Below are positions 28,417 through 38,100 of a stretch of DNA of 64,000 bases, in pieces. Each line of letters starts with the position of its first letter. Position 1 is the stretch's first letter. The position numbers and the translations under genes were made by a program. The stretch is taken from the NCBI GenBank assembly GCA_017529875.1, contig JAFXNC010000004.1:1-64000 (forward strand). The letters run 5' to 3'. Below the pieces are notes generated by a model, which saw nothing but the letters and a program-made list of their open reading frames with translations, had not been told where the DNA came from and searched no databases. The DNA comes from Ruminococcus sp. Its GTDB lineage: Bacteria; Bacillota; Clostridia; Oscillospirales; Ruminococcaceae.

Positions 28417-29106
28417 GTGAGAAACAACATCCTTATCGTAGACGACGATGAAGACCTGACCTTTGTGATAACCGATATGCTGGAGAGCTACGGCTACTGC
28501 GTCACCTCTGCGGCCAGTGCCGAGGAGGCCTTCGCCATACTTGGGGACAGAGTATTCGACCTGATACTGCTGGATATCAACCTGCCCGACTCCACCGGCT
28601 TTGAGATCTGCCGGGAGCTGAGGCGGGTCTCCGACGTGCCGGTGATATTCGCCAGCGCCCGCACCGGCGAGACCGACAGGATAGCGGGCTTCGATATCGG
28701 CGGCGACGACTGCCTGCCGAAGCCCTACTCAATGGCTGAGCTCATCTCCCGGGTCAAGGCGCTGATGCGCCGCGCCTACGGCAGAGAGACCGCCTCCGGC
28801 AGGACAGTCACCTTCGGGGACGTGAGCGTGGATATCGCGGCGCGTTCCGTCACCAGGAAGGGCGCCCCCGTGACCCTCTCACTGAAAGAATTCGACCTGC
28901 TGGCCTGCCTCTGCGAGCACGCAGGCACAGCCCTCCCGAAGGAAAAACTTCTATCGGAGGTGTGGGGAGCCTTCTCGGAGGTGGAGCCCTCCACCCTGAC
29001 GGTGCATATCCGCTGGCTGCGTGAAAAGCTGGAGGACGACCCCGCATCCCCAAAGTACATCAAGACCGTATACAAAGTAGGCTACATACTGGAGGCGGAG
29101 AAATGA
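28417..29106 (+). CDS. OmpR-family response regulator (BceR/VirR-like)
   Basis: REC domain with phospho-Asp (LILLDINLPD) and winged-helix trans_reg_C. Confidence 0.9.
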   Translation: MRNNILIVDDDEDLTFVITDMLESYGYCVTSAASAEEAFAILGDRVFDLILLDINLPDSTGFEICRELRRVSDVPVIFASARTGETDRIAGFDIGGDDCLPKPYSMAELISRVKALMRRAYGRETASGRTVTFGDVSVDIAARSVTRKGAPVTLSLKEFDLLACLCEHAGTALPKEKLLSEVWGAFSEVEPSTLTVHIRWLREKLEDDPASPKYIKTVYKVGYILEAEK

Positions 29107-30248
29107 AAGGCAGACTGGCAGGGATGACCCTGTGCTTTATGGCAGCGTTCATAGTCCTGACGGTGGTGCTGACCCGTATCGGCAGCACCTCCGACCCCGA
29201 TTCCGGAGGACTGAAAGCCGTTGCCCTCAGCGAGATAGAACAGCTGGTGAAACAGGGCGACACCGAGGCCGCCCTCCGGGAGGCGGATAAGCTGCGAGAG
29301 CAGCTCATGCAGGAGGAGGCTCCCGCTGCCAACAACACGGCGGCTGTGCCCCTCTGCGCCGCGGGATGCGTCTTTGCAGCGGCGGTGTTCTGCTACGTCT
29401 ATTTCTCTGTGCTCAGACCCTTTGACAAGCTGAGATTCTTCGCTGCCCGCATAGCCCGGGGGGAGCTGGACGTACCTTTGGAGTACGAGCGTTCAAACTG
29501 GTTCGGGAGCTTTACATGGGCCTTCGACAGTATGCGCCGGGAGATAACCGCCGCCCGCGCCTGCGAGCGTGAGGCCATTGACAACAACAAGACGGTCATA
29601 GCAACTCTCTCCCACGATATCAAGACCCCGGTGTCCTCCATAAGAGCCTACGCAGAGGGGCTCGACGCCAACCTCGATACCTCCCCGGAGCGCCGCCGCA
29701 AGTACCTCTCTGTGATAATGCGCAAGTGCGACGAGGTCTCCCGCCTCACCAACGACCTGTTTTTGCACTCCCTGTCCGATCTGGACAGGCTGGCTGTCCA
29801 CCCGGAGCGGTTCGAGCTCATGTCCTTCATGGAGGGGGCGGTGGAGGAACTCTCCGCAGGGCAGGGGGATGTTGCTTTTATCCGAAACGACCCGGAGGCC
29901 TACATCTCCGCCGACAAAAACCGCCTGATGCAGATGACCGAAAACCTGATAAACAACGCCCGCAAGTACGCCCGCACCGATGTTACCGTCACCGCCTCAA
30001 AAGAAGACGGCTGCGCAGTCCTGCGTTTCACCGACAAAGGAAACGGCATACCCGACGGGGATATGCCGTTCATCTTCGGTAAGTTCTACCGGGGTCACAA
30101 CTGCGGCTCCGAGCCCGGTTCGGGACTGGGTCTGTACATCGTCAGGTACCTGACCGAGGCCCAGGGCGGAGAGGTGAAGCTCCGCAATATCGCCCCCCAC
30201 GGCCTTGAAGTCACAGTCAGCCTGCCCCTTACCAGCCCAGATCCATAA
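29103..30248 (+). CDS. sensor histidine kinase (intramembrane-sensing, BceS-like)
   Basis: 2 TM helices with short loop; H-box HDIKTPVSSIRAY; HATPase_c G-boxes. Confidence 0.85.
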   Translation: MKGRLAGMTLCFMAAFIVLTVVLTRIGSTSDPDSGGLKAVALSEIEQLVKQGDTEAALREADKLREQLMQEEAPAANNTAAVPLCAAGCVFAAAVFCYVYFSVLRPFDKLRFFAARIARGELDVPLEYERSNWFGSFTWAFDSMRREITAARACEREAIDNNKTVIATLSHDIKTPVSSIRAYAEGLDANLDTSPERRRKYLSVIMRKCDEVSRLTNDLFLHSLSDLDRLAVHPERFELMSFMEGAVEELSAGQGDVAFIRNDPEAYISADKNRLMQMTENLINNARKYARTDVTVTASKEDGCAVLRFTDKGNGIPDGDMPFIFGKFYRGHNCGSEPGSGLGLYIVRYLTEAQGGEVKLRNIAPHGLEVTVSLPLTSPDP

Positions 30249-30996
30249 GCCAGTTATTGAGGCTCCTTTCTCTGTCACGCATGGAGGAGGGGCCTTTGTA
30301 TTTGCCCAGGGTGTGCTCGGCCTTGATGTTGCCGTCCACGATGTAGAGTACTCTGTCGCACTTGGCGGCAACGTGGCTGTCATGGGTGACAAGCAGGATC
30401 GTGGTGCCCTCGGCGTTGAGGCGTACCAGCTCGTCGGTGACTTCCTCGGAGGAGGTGCGGTTCAGAGCGCCGGTGGGCTCGTCGGCGAAGATCATAGTCG
30501 GGGAGTTTATCATGCTCCGGGCTATGCAGGCTCTTTGCAGCTGTCCGCCGGAGACCTCGTTGATGTCGTTGTCGGCGATGTCGGAGATGCCCAGCTTCTT
30601 CATCAGCTCCTCGCCCCGGCGCTTCTTGTCGGCGCGGGAGGCGTGATCCTTTTCCGATCTCATAGCCGGCAGGATGATGTTATCCAGCAGCGAGAGGTTC
30701 TTGAGCATATACATCTGCTGAAAGATAAATCCCATTTCATCAAGGCGCAGCTCCGAGAGCTCGTCCTTTTTCAGCTTGGAGATATCTCTGCCCTTGAAGC
30801 TGACGCTGCCGGAGGTCATGCCGTCCATGCCGGAGGCGGTGTAGAGCAGGGTGGACTTGCCTGAACCCGAGGGTCCCATTACCGCGATCATCTCCCCGGC
30901 GGCCACCGAGAAGCTCACGTTTTTGAGCACGTTGTTCTGTCTTTTGTTTATGATATAGGTCTTGCAGAGATCCTTTACTTCGAGAATGGTTTCCAT
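30229..30996 (-). CDS. ABC transporter ATP-binding protein (MacB/BceA-like)
   Basis: Walker A GPSGSGKST, signature SGGQLQR, Walker B IFADEPTGALN. Confidence 0.9.
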   Translation of the reverse strand: METILEVKDLCKTYIINKRQNNVLKNVSFSVAAGEMIAVMGPSGSGKSTLLYTASGMDGMTSGSVSFKGRDISKLKKDELSELRLDEMGFIFQQMYMLKNLSLLDNIILPAMRSEKDHASRADKKRRGEELMKKLGISDIADNDINEVSGGQLQRACIARSMINSPTMIFADEPTGALNRTSSEEVTDELVRLNAEGTTILLVTHDSHVAAKCDRVLYIVDGNIKAEHTLGKYKGPSSMRDRERSLNNWLMDLGW

Positions 30997-31031
30997 AATG
31001 CTTTCCTCCGTTTATCTGTTTTAGGGGACTG

Positions 31032-33398
31032 TTATTCTATGTTAGCCGCGTCGGACGCCTTGACCGACCTGGTGTAGAGAGCCGTGAAAAATGCTCCCGC
31101 GATGACTGCCGCCAGTATTATTGCAGGGTAGACGCCGAATATCTCGGGGACGTTCAGCTCATAGCCTATGCCCTCGGAGGCGCCCATCATCCCGAAGATC
31201 GGGTCAGCTACCAGCTTGGTCAGCGGCAGGCAGAGGGCTGCGGAGAGTATCCCCGAGACCGCCGCCACCACCACGAACCGGAAGGTGTGCTGCTTGACGA
31301 TCAGCTTATCCTTGATGCCGAGAGCCTTCATCAGCGCGATCTCGGATTTCTCTTTTGCTATGAAGGAGCGCTCCATGAGCACCACGATCATTATGATTAT
31401 CAGCACCGAGATGATGAGCACCAGGTTCTTGACAGCCGCGATAGCGTCGGCGGAGTTGGTGGATTCCTTGACGAACTCGTTTGCGTTCTGAACCTTGTCG
31501 GTGCCCCAGTGCTTTTTGAGCTGCTCCTTGCGCTCTTCAATGGTCTTGGCGTCGGGGTGATCGTCAAAATCTATCTGCGCCGGGAATGTGGTGCCGGGGG
31601 TCACGTCACCGAGAGGCACATCCTGATGCAGCCTGATGACCTGTCCCAGCTGGTTCATGCTCTGGAACACCGCCGTCAGCTGGTACTCTTTGGTCTCGCC
31701 GTTTACGGTGATCTTGACCTTGTCGCCGATGTCGAAGCCGAACTTCTCGCAGATCAGGGTGGTGGCGGCAAACTCGGTCTCGCACTGAGGCGCCGTGCCC
31801 CGCTCGTATACATACTCGGAGCAGTCGGTCTCGGCGCTCCAGAGAGCCGTGATGTTCTGCCTGGTATCACCGAACTCCACCGGCACCTTGTACTGTGCCT
31901 CGATATGCACCTTTGCAGGCATACCCAGGCCGGCAAGCTCCTGCTCGATGCCGGAGCAGTGCTCCTTTATCGTAGTTACGCCGCCCAAAAGATCCATAGC
32001 GTCCTTGGCAGTGTAGTAGAGGTCGCTCTTGGTGTTGCCCAGCAGGAACAGCATCTTGTCGCTGCCGCCGAGGGTATTTGCGATGTTTGCGAACACCATC
32101 ACCAGCAGCAGGCAGAGGGCGAATACCACCGTCATTATGCTGTACTGCTTGGGGGCGGACACCACGTCGTTGACCGCAAGAAAGCCTGTTGCCGGGAGCC
32201 TGGTCTTGCCCAGGTTCATGAAGCTGCGTTTCTTGAACCGCTCGCCGGTCTGACCGTTCCTTACTGCGTCTATGGGGGAGAGTTTCTTGATCCTGCGGGT
32301 GCAGCCCCAGCAGAAGAGCATTATTATGCCCACAACCGCGATGCTGCTGAGAGCGCCGATGAGCACGGTGCTGTCGTTGCCCAGGTACATGGACTTGGAG
32401 GCGGATTCAAGCAGCAGCGCCCCGAAGGGTATGCTCGCGAAGTAGCCTATCACCGCACCGATCACCGCTATGCCAAGATACTTGGCAAGGTAGAGGCTCC
32501 TGATATGCCTGTTCTTGATGCCTATGGCCTTCATAACGCCGATCTCGCGGAATTCCTCGGCGATCGTAAAGCCTATGGTGAACCGCAGCATCACGAACGA
32601 GATAAGGATCAGCGCTATGGACACGATGAGCAGGCTGCCTGCCGTGATGATCTCTAAAACGTAGGTCATCTTTATCACGCTGTGAGCGCCGTCAAAGGCT
32701 ATGTTTGTGTCTTCCGTTACCGCTTCTTCAACGGCCTTGGTGTCGTCGGTGTCCACATAGAACACGCTGCCGCGATAGCCTGCTGCCGAGGGGTCGCCGA
32801 AGAACCTGGCGTAGTCGTTTGCGTTGAGCAGTACTCTGCCGCTGCCCATGAAGTCGGAGCCCAGCAGAGCGTCCTTGATCCTGCCCTTGTATTCAAGGGA
32901 GAGGGTGGTGCCGCCCAGGGTGAAATCCAGCTTGTCGCCCACCTTGATGCCGGAGTTTTCGGGAGCGGAGCCCGACATATAGAACCCGCCCTCGGGCACC
33001 TCGGTCAGGGGATCGTTGTCCTTGTCGAAGTAGTTTATCTTTGCTTCGTCCACCGACAGGAGCAGGATAGAGGAGTTGGAGAACTCCAAGGCCTTTTTGC
33101 CGTCCCGCGTGATCTTCTCGGCGTTGGTGTAGAGCACGCTCTCACGCCTGAACCTGTTTACTGCGGGCTCGGCTTCCAGCTTTGCGGAGAGGGTGTCGCC
33201 GTTCTTGCCGTCGATGGTGATGAAGTAGTAATCCGCCATGCCTGCCTGCTCGAAGAAGTAATCGGTGCCGCCGACTATGGTGATTATGTTGTTGACGCTG
33301 GAGGACGCGAACATCGCCGACAGTATCACGAACAGCAGCAGGATGATGTTCATGGTCTTCTTGCGCCTGATATCCTTTTTGAGTATCCGTAAAAACAT
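31032..33398 (-). CDS. ABC transporter permease with two FtsX domains (BceB-like)
   Basis: 788 aa; two 4-TM FtsX bundles, each preceded by a large extracytoplasmic domain. Confidence 0.85.
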   Translation of the reverse strand: MFLRILKKDIRRKKTMNIILLLFVILSAMFASSSVNNIITIVGGTDYFFEQAGMADYYFITIDGKNGDTLSAKLEAEPAVNRFRRESVLYTNAEKITRDGKKALEFSNSSILLLSVDEAKINYFDKDNDPLTEVPEGGFYMSGSAPENSGIKVGDKLDFTLGGTTLSLEYKGRIKDALLGSDFMGSGRVLLNANDYARFFGDPSAAGYRGSVFYVDTDDTKAVEEAVTEDTNIAFDGAHSVIKMTYVLEIITAGSLLIVSIALILISFVMLRFTIGFTIAEEFREIGVMKAIGIKNRHIRSLYLAKYLGIAVIGAVIGYFASIPFGALLLESASKSMYLGNDSTVLIGALSSIAVVGIIMLFCWGCTRRIKKLSPIDAVRNGQTGERFKKRSFMNLGKTRLPATGFLAVNDVVSAPKQYSIMTVVFALCLLLVMVFANIANTLGGSDKMLFLLGNTKSDLYYTAKDAMDLLGGVTTIKEHCSGIEQELAGLGMPAKVHIEAQYKVPVEFGDTRQNITALWSAETDCSEYVYERGTAPQCETEFAATTLICEKFGFDIGDKVKITVNGETKEYQLTAVFQSMNQLGQVIRLHQDVPLGDVTPGTTFPAQIDFDDHPDAKTIEERKEQLKKHWGTDKVQNANEFVKESTNSADAIAAVKNLVLIISVLIIIMIVVLMERSFIAKEKSEIALMKALGIKDKLIVKQHTFRFVVVAAVSGILSAALCLPLTKLVADPIFGMMGASEGIGYELNVPEIFGVYPAIILAAVIAGAFFTALYTRSVKASDAANIE

Positions 33399-33410
33399 TT
33401 TTGCTTCTCC

Positions 33411-33707
33411 TTACTTTTTCAGCTTTGCCCTTACCGTCAGTATTACAAGTACCGCTGCGCTGACTTTGAGGATCACCTTCGACTGCCTCTTTATCTCGTC
33501 GGAGATCAGCTTCATCATGGCTTTCCTGATCTTCTCGCCCTCAGCGGCGCCGCAGCCGGCTGTCTCAGCGATATCCCCGGCGATGAGGGCCTGTTCCTTC
33601 TTCGAGAAGATGTTCCTCTCGTCGATGCATCCCAGCACCTTCATGGCTGTCTCTCTGTCAAGTCCTGTCTGTTCTGAAAGTCTCTTAGCGAATGTGTTCT
33701 TTGTCAT
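33411..33707 (-). CDS. small protein with HTH-like N-terminus and C-terminal TM helix, first gene of the permease operon
   Basis: Start at internal ATG MTKNTFAKRLSEQTGLDRETAMKVL...; C-terminal KVILKVSAAVLVILTV hydrophobic helix; ends 12 nt before the permease start. Confidence 0.4.
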   Translation of the reverse strand: MTKNTFAKRLSEQTGLDRETAMKVLGCIDERNIFSKKEQALIAGDIAETAGCGAAEGEKIRKAMMKLISDEIKRQSKVILKVSAAVLVILTVRAKLKK

Positions 33708-33846
33708 GGCTGTTGTCTCCTTTCTTTTGTCCTGCGGGTCGTTTCCTTTACTGTGGTTTAAGTATAACACGGGAATTATTAAATAATCCTTAAATGCCGC
33801 AAACCCCTGAACAGCGCGGTTTGGACGGCTCATCTATTGACAGGCA

Positions 33847-33875
33847 GGGAGGAAAATGTTATAATTATTACGATG
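33847..33875 (+). promoter_or_regulatory. perfect-consensus sigma-70 promoter TTGACA-17-TATAAT reading into the repeat region
   Basis: ttgacaggcagggaggaaaatgttataat. Confidence 0.6.
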
Positions 33876-33888
33876 CACTATCACGTTT

Positions 33889-33951
33889 GTGCGCGGTAAC
33901 GCGCCTATACTCAATTATTTATTATTCTCTTTTTATATAAGATGTAGAGGC
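33889..33951. repeat. leader-like block A1 (GC hairpin GCGCGGTAACGCGC + TATACT + AT-rich + TTATAAGATGTAGAGGC)
   Basis: About 75% identical to block A2 at 34059-34131. Confidence 0.7.
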
Positions 33952-34058
33952 TTGTCATTTTGCCAAGGTAAGGTTGTCATTTTGCCAAGGTAAGGTTGTC
34001 ATTTTGCCAAGGTAAGCTTGTCATTTTGCCAAGGTAAGGTTGTCATTTTGACAAGGTC
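33952..34058. repeat. tandem array 1: 4.8 spacer-less copies of 22-bp unit TTGTCATTTTGCCAAGGTAAGG
   Basis: Units at 33952, 33974, 33996 (one substitution), 34018 and 34040 (degenerate). Confidence 0.95.
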
Positions 34059-34131
34059 GTGCGCGGTCACGCGCCTATACTCATAGATAGTTTCTTATAT
34101 TCTTTCTTATAAGATGTAGGCAGTCCATTTT
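34059..34131. repeat. leader-like block A2 (GCGCGGTCACGCGC hairpin ... TTATAAGATGTAGGC)
   Basis: Paralogous to A1. Confidence 0.7.
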
Positions 34132-34133
34132 TT

Positions 34134-34232
34134 GGATAGGGGTAGTCTAAAAACTGGATAGGGTAGTCTATTATTTGGATAGGGTAGTCTATTATTTGGA
34201 TAGGGCAGTCTATTATTTGGATAGGGCAGTCC
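34134..34232. repeat. tandem array 2: about 4.6 spacer-less copies of 21-22-bp unit GGATAGGGTAGTCTATTATTT
   Basis: Units at 34134, 34156, 34177, 34198 (G>C variant) and 34219 (partial). Confidence 0.95.
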
Positions 34233-34415
34233 GAATAACAGACAGGGTACGCGGTACTATTCACTGACGCCTCTCACTTATATCCGGAAAAGGGCAAAAA
34301 GTTGCACGCGAACGTGCAACCGACAAGTCAGATGACCGGGCTGTAACAGCTCAACAGGGTAAAAAATTACTCACTTAGCCTGAATATACAATAATTGTGC
34401 ATTGAAAAAGGAGGA

Positions 34416-35060
34416 ATGACCGTGACCAGGAAAGAAAAAGCCCTCGCAGTCTGCGACAGGCTGGAGGAAAAATACCCCGACGCCATATGCTCCCTTACAT
34501 ATGATAAGCCCCATGAGCTGATGATCGCCGGAAGGCTCTCGGCGCAGTGCACCGACGAGCGGGTCAATATCGTCACCAAAGAGCTTTTTGCCAAGTACCG
34601 CTCCATCGACGACTTCGCCGCCGCCGACGTCAGGGATATCGAGGAGATAATACGTCCCTGCGGCCTCTACAAGACCAAGGCTCAGTCCCTGGTGGGGATG
34701 TGCAAGGCCATAAACGAGCGCTTCGGCGGGCAGATACCCGATACCATAGAAGAGCTCACCACCCTCCCGGGCATAGGCCGCAAGACCGCCAACCTCATCA
34801 TCGGGGACGTCTTCGGCAAGCCCGCCGTCGTCACCGACACCCACTGCATACGCATCACGGGAAGGCTGGGTCTGACATCCAACACCGACCCCGTGAAAGT
34901 TGAGACAGATCTGCGAAAGATACTCCCCCCGGAGCGTTCCGGCGACCTGTGCCACAGGCTGGTGCTTTTCGGCAGGGAGGTCTGCAAAGCCCGGGGCGAG
35001 CGGTGCGATGCCTGCCCCCTTCAAGACCTGTGTTCTGCCTATAAAAAGAAGAAGTCCTGA
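34416..35060 (+). CDS. nth: endonuclease III (DNA-(apurinic or apyrimidinic site) lyase)
   Basis: HhH-GPD motif LPGIGRKTANLI and 4Fe-4S C-x6-C-x2-C-x5-C cluster; start ATG 34416 or GTG 34422. Confidence 0.9.
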   Translation: MTVTRKEKALAVCDRLEEKYPDAICSLTYDKPHELMIAGRLSAQCTDERVNIVTKELFAKYRSIDDFAAADVRDIEEIIRPCGLYKTKAQSLVGMCKAINERFGGQIPDTIEELTTLPGIGRKTANLIIGDVFGKPAVVTDTHCIRITGRLGLTSNTDPVKVETDLRKILPPERSGDLCHRLVLFGREVCKARGERCDACPLQDLCSAYKKKKS

Positions 35061-35155
35061 CAGGGAAAAATTGTCATTTCGTATTGACACTTCGGACATA
35101 ATCTGCTAAAATATAATTGAGAAATTATAGACTTGCATCTGCTGAGGTGAAGTGT

Positions 35156-38100
35156 ATGAAAAACAAGCATAACTATCTCATGGCGGTGTTCATCGCCGTA
35201 TGCATAATGATAAACTACGGCGGCAGGGTGTTCGCCGGACACTTTGAGCTGCCCCTGTGGCTGGACACCATAGGCACGGCGGTGACTTCCTTTGCCTTCG
35301 GCCCTGTCTGCGGCGCTATTGTGGGCGTCACCAGCAATATCATCTTCGGCATCGTGGATGCAGGCGCTTATGAGTACTGCATTGTGAGCATCGTGCTGGG
35401 CATCGTCATAGGTATGTCCGCCAAGCGGGGATCCTTCAAGACCGTTTTCGGCACCATGACCGCCAGCGTCCTTGCCACCGTGGCGGCTATCGTGGTGTGC
35501 GTGCCCATAAACCTCATCTTCCACAACGGCATGACCAGCAACATCTGGGGCGACGGCGTCATAAAGATGCTGGAGGAAAAGGACGTCCCCTTCTGGCTCT
35601 GCGTGGTGGCGGGAGAGTTCTATGTGGAGTTCCTCGACAAGATCATAACGCTCTTTGCGCTGTATCTGGTGGCGAGGTTCCATGAGCGCAATACCGCCCG
35701 GCAAGGGGCTGAGACCCCCTCCGACAGCGATACCGGCGATACTGACGACAGCTCCGGCGATGATACAGCCGACGCCCCGGATGATACAGGCTCCGGCTCG
35801 GGTCCGGGAAAGGCTGCAAAGCTTGCCGCCATGCTCATCTGCGGCATGACAGCGGCTGTGACCGCCGGCGGTCTCAGGGCTGACGCCGCCGACAAGTACT
35901 ACGATTACAGCGACTACGTCCATACCGTTTTCAGCAGCGACAACGGCCTGCCCTGCGGCGAGGCCAACGACGTGGCTCAGACCAATGACGGCGTGCTGTG
36001 GATAGGCACCTATGCGGGTCTGTACCGCTACAACGGCAGCGAGTTCAGGTGGATGAACGAGTATTCCTCGGTGCGAAACGTCAACTGCCTCTATGTTGAC
36101 GCCGAAGGCCGCCTGTGGATAGGCACCAACGACAACGGTCTCACCATAAGCATCAACGAGACCGTCTCAAACGTGGTGGACAAGGACACCGGGCTGCCCT
36201 CCGATTCTATCAAGTGCGTGACCCAGAGCTCTGAGGGCGACTACTACATCGGCACCACCGAGAGCATGGCTATCATAACCCTGGACAGCGGCCTTAAAGT
36301 CCTCAACGAGATACCCATACACTATGCCGTCACCGCCACCGCCGACGAGGACGGTCATGCCGCCGTGGTCAACTCCGAGGGAAAGCTTTTCCTGCTGGGC
36401 GACCGGGAGATCAGAGACACCTTGGAGCCCTCCGGCGACAGCGAGGTCTTCAACTGCGCCACCTTCTCCGATGACGGTCTGCTCTACGCCGGCACCACCG
36501 GCAGCAGGGTCTTCGTCTATGAGATCAAGGATGGCAAGCTCTCCCAGCTGAGGGAGCTCAGCTTTGATTCCCTGGTGAGCATACAGTCCATAACCTTCTC
36601 CGAGGATGGGCTGTGCTTCATCTGCGCCGACAACGGCGTGGGCTTCATCGGCCCCGACGGAGTATACCACGACATCAACACCGGGGACTTCAACAACTCC
36701 ATAGACAACATGACCATAGACTATCAGGGCAACCTGTGGTTCACCTCGTCGAGACTGGGACTGCTCAGGCTCAGCGAGACCCCCTTTGCCGATGTGTACC
36801 GCATCTGCGGGCTTGAAAACAAGGTAGTCAACACCGTGGAGGAATGGAACGGCAAGCTCTATTTCGGCACGGACGCCGGCCTGGATATCGCCGACAAGAA
36901 CACCAGAAAGCCTGTGACAAACGACCTCACCAAAAAGCTTGAGGGCTCCCGCATACGCTGCATCAGGAAGGACTCCCGGGGCAACCTGTGGATCTGCACC
37001 TACGGCATGGGTCTGGTGAAGGTCAAGCCCGACGGCTCCACCGAGGATTTCGGCACCGCCGAGGGCACCTTCGGCAACCGGGCAAGAGTGGTCATCGAGC
37101 TCTCAGACGGCAGGATAGCCGCCGCAGGCGATACCGGCATGAGCTTCATCACCGAGAGCGGCATCGAAAAGACCCTGACCTACGGCAGCGGGCTTTCAAA
37201 CACCATGATACTGAGCCTGCTTGAACACTCCGACGGCGCTCTGCTGGCAGGCACCGACGGCGACGGCATCGCGGTCATCAGGGACGGCTCGGTGGTCAGG
37301 ATGCTGACCCGCTACGACGGCCTTTCCTCGGGAGTTATCCTGCGAATGGTGGCCTGCTCCGACGGCGAGCATATCCTTATCGTCACCAGCAACGGCCTGT
37401 GCTGCATGGACAGCTCCTACAACATCAGGACCCTCGACGAGTTCCCCTACTCCAACAACTACGACGCCTGGACCGGCCCCTCCGGAAAGCTCTTCGTCAT
37501 GAGCAGCGCCGGCATCTATGTGGCTGACGAGAAGGACGTCATAAACGACACCCCGGATATGTACTACGAGCTGCTGGACTCCAAAAGGGGCATGACAGCC
37601 TCACTGACTGCCAATTCCTGGAACTACTGCGACGAGGACAATATGCTTTACCTCTCCTGCGACAGCGGCGTGTACAGCATGGATATGGACACCTACGCCT
37701 CCAAGAAGCACACCTACCGTCTGCTGGTGTCCTCCGCCAAGATAGACGGCGTGGTATACCCGGTGGAGCGGGGCGTTGAGCTGAGCATCCCCCGTGGCAC
37801 CGGCAGGATAGAGATATTCCCGGAGGTCATCAACTACACCACCGAGAACCCCTACGTAAGCTACTACCTGGAGGGCTTCGACACCGCTCCCACAGTCATC
37901 AATCAGAGCGAGCTGTCCTCCATAGTGTATACCAACCTCCCCAAGGGCAGCTATGTGTTCCGCCTCTCTGTGCTGGACAACAGCAAGGAGGGCGTGCTGG
38001 AGGAAAGCTCCTACACCATCACCAAGGAGCGGGAGATCTACGACAACGGCTGGTTCACCGCCTATATGCTCATCGTTGCCATGCTGGCGATCATCTGGTT

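Noticed and set aside
33952-34232. Possible CRISPR array
   Set aside because: Units are identical and directly abutting with no unique spacers, and no cas genes are nearby. I treated them as tandem/iteron-like repeats instead.
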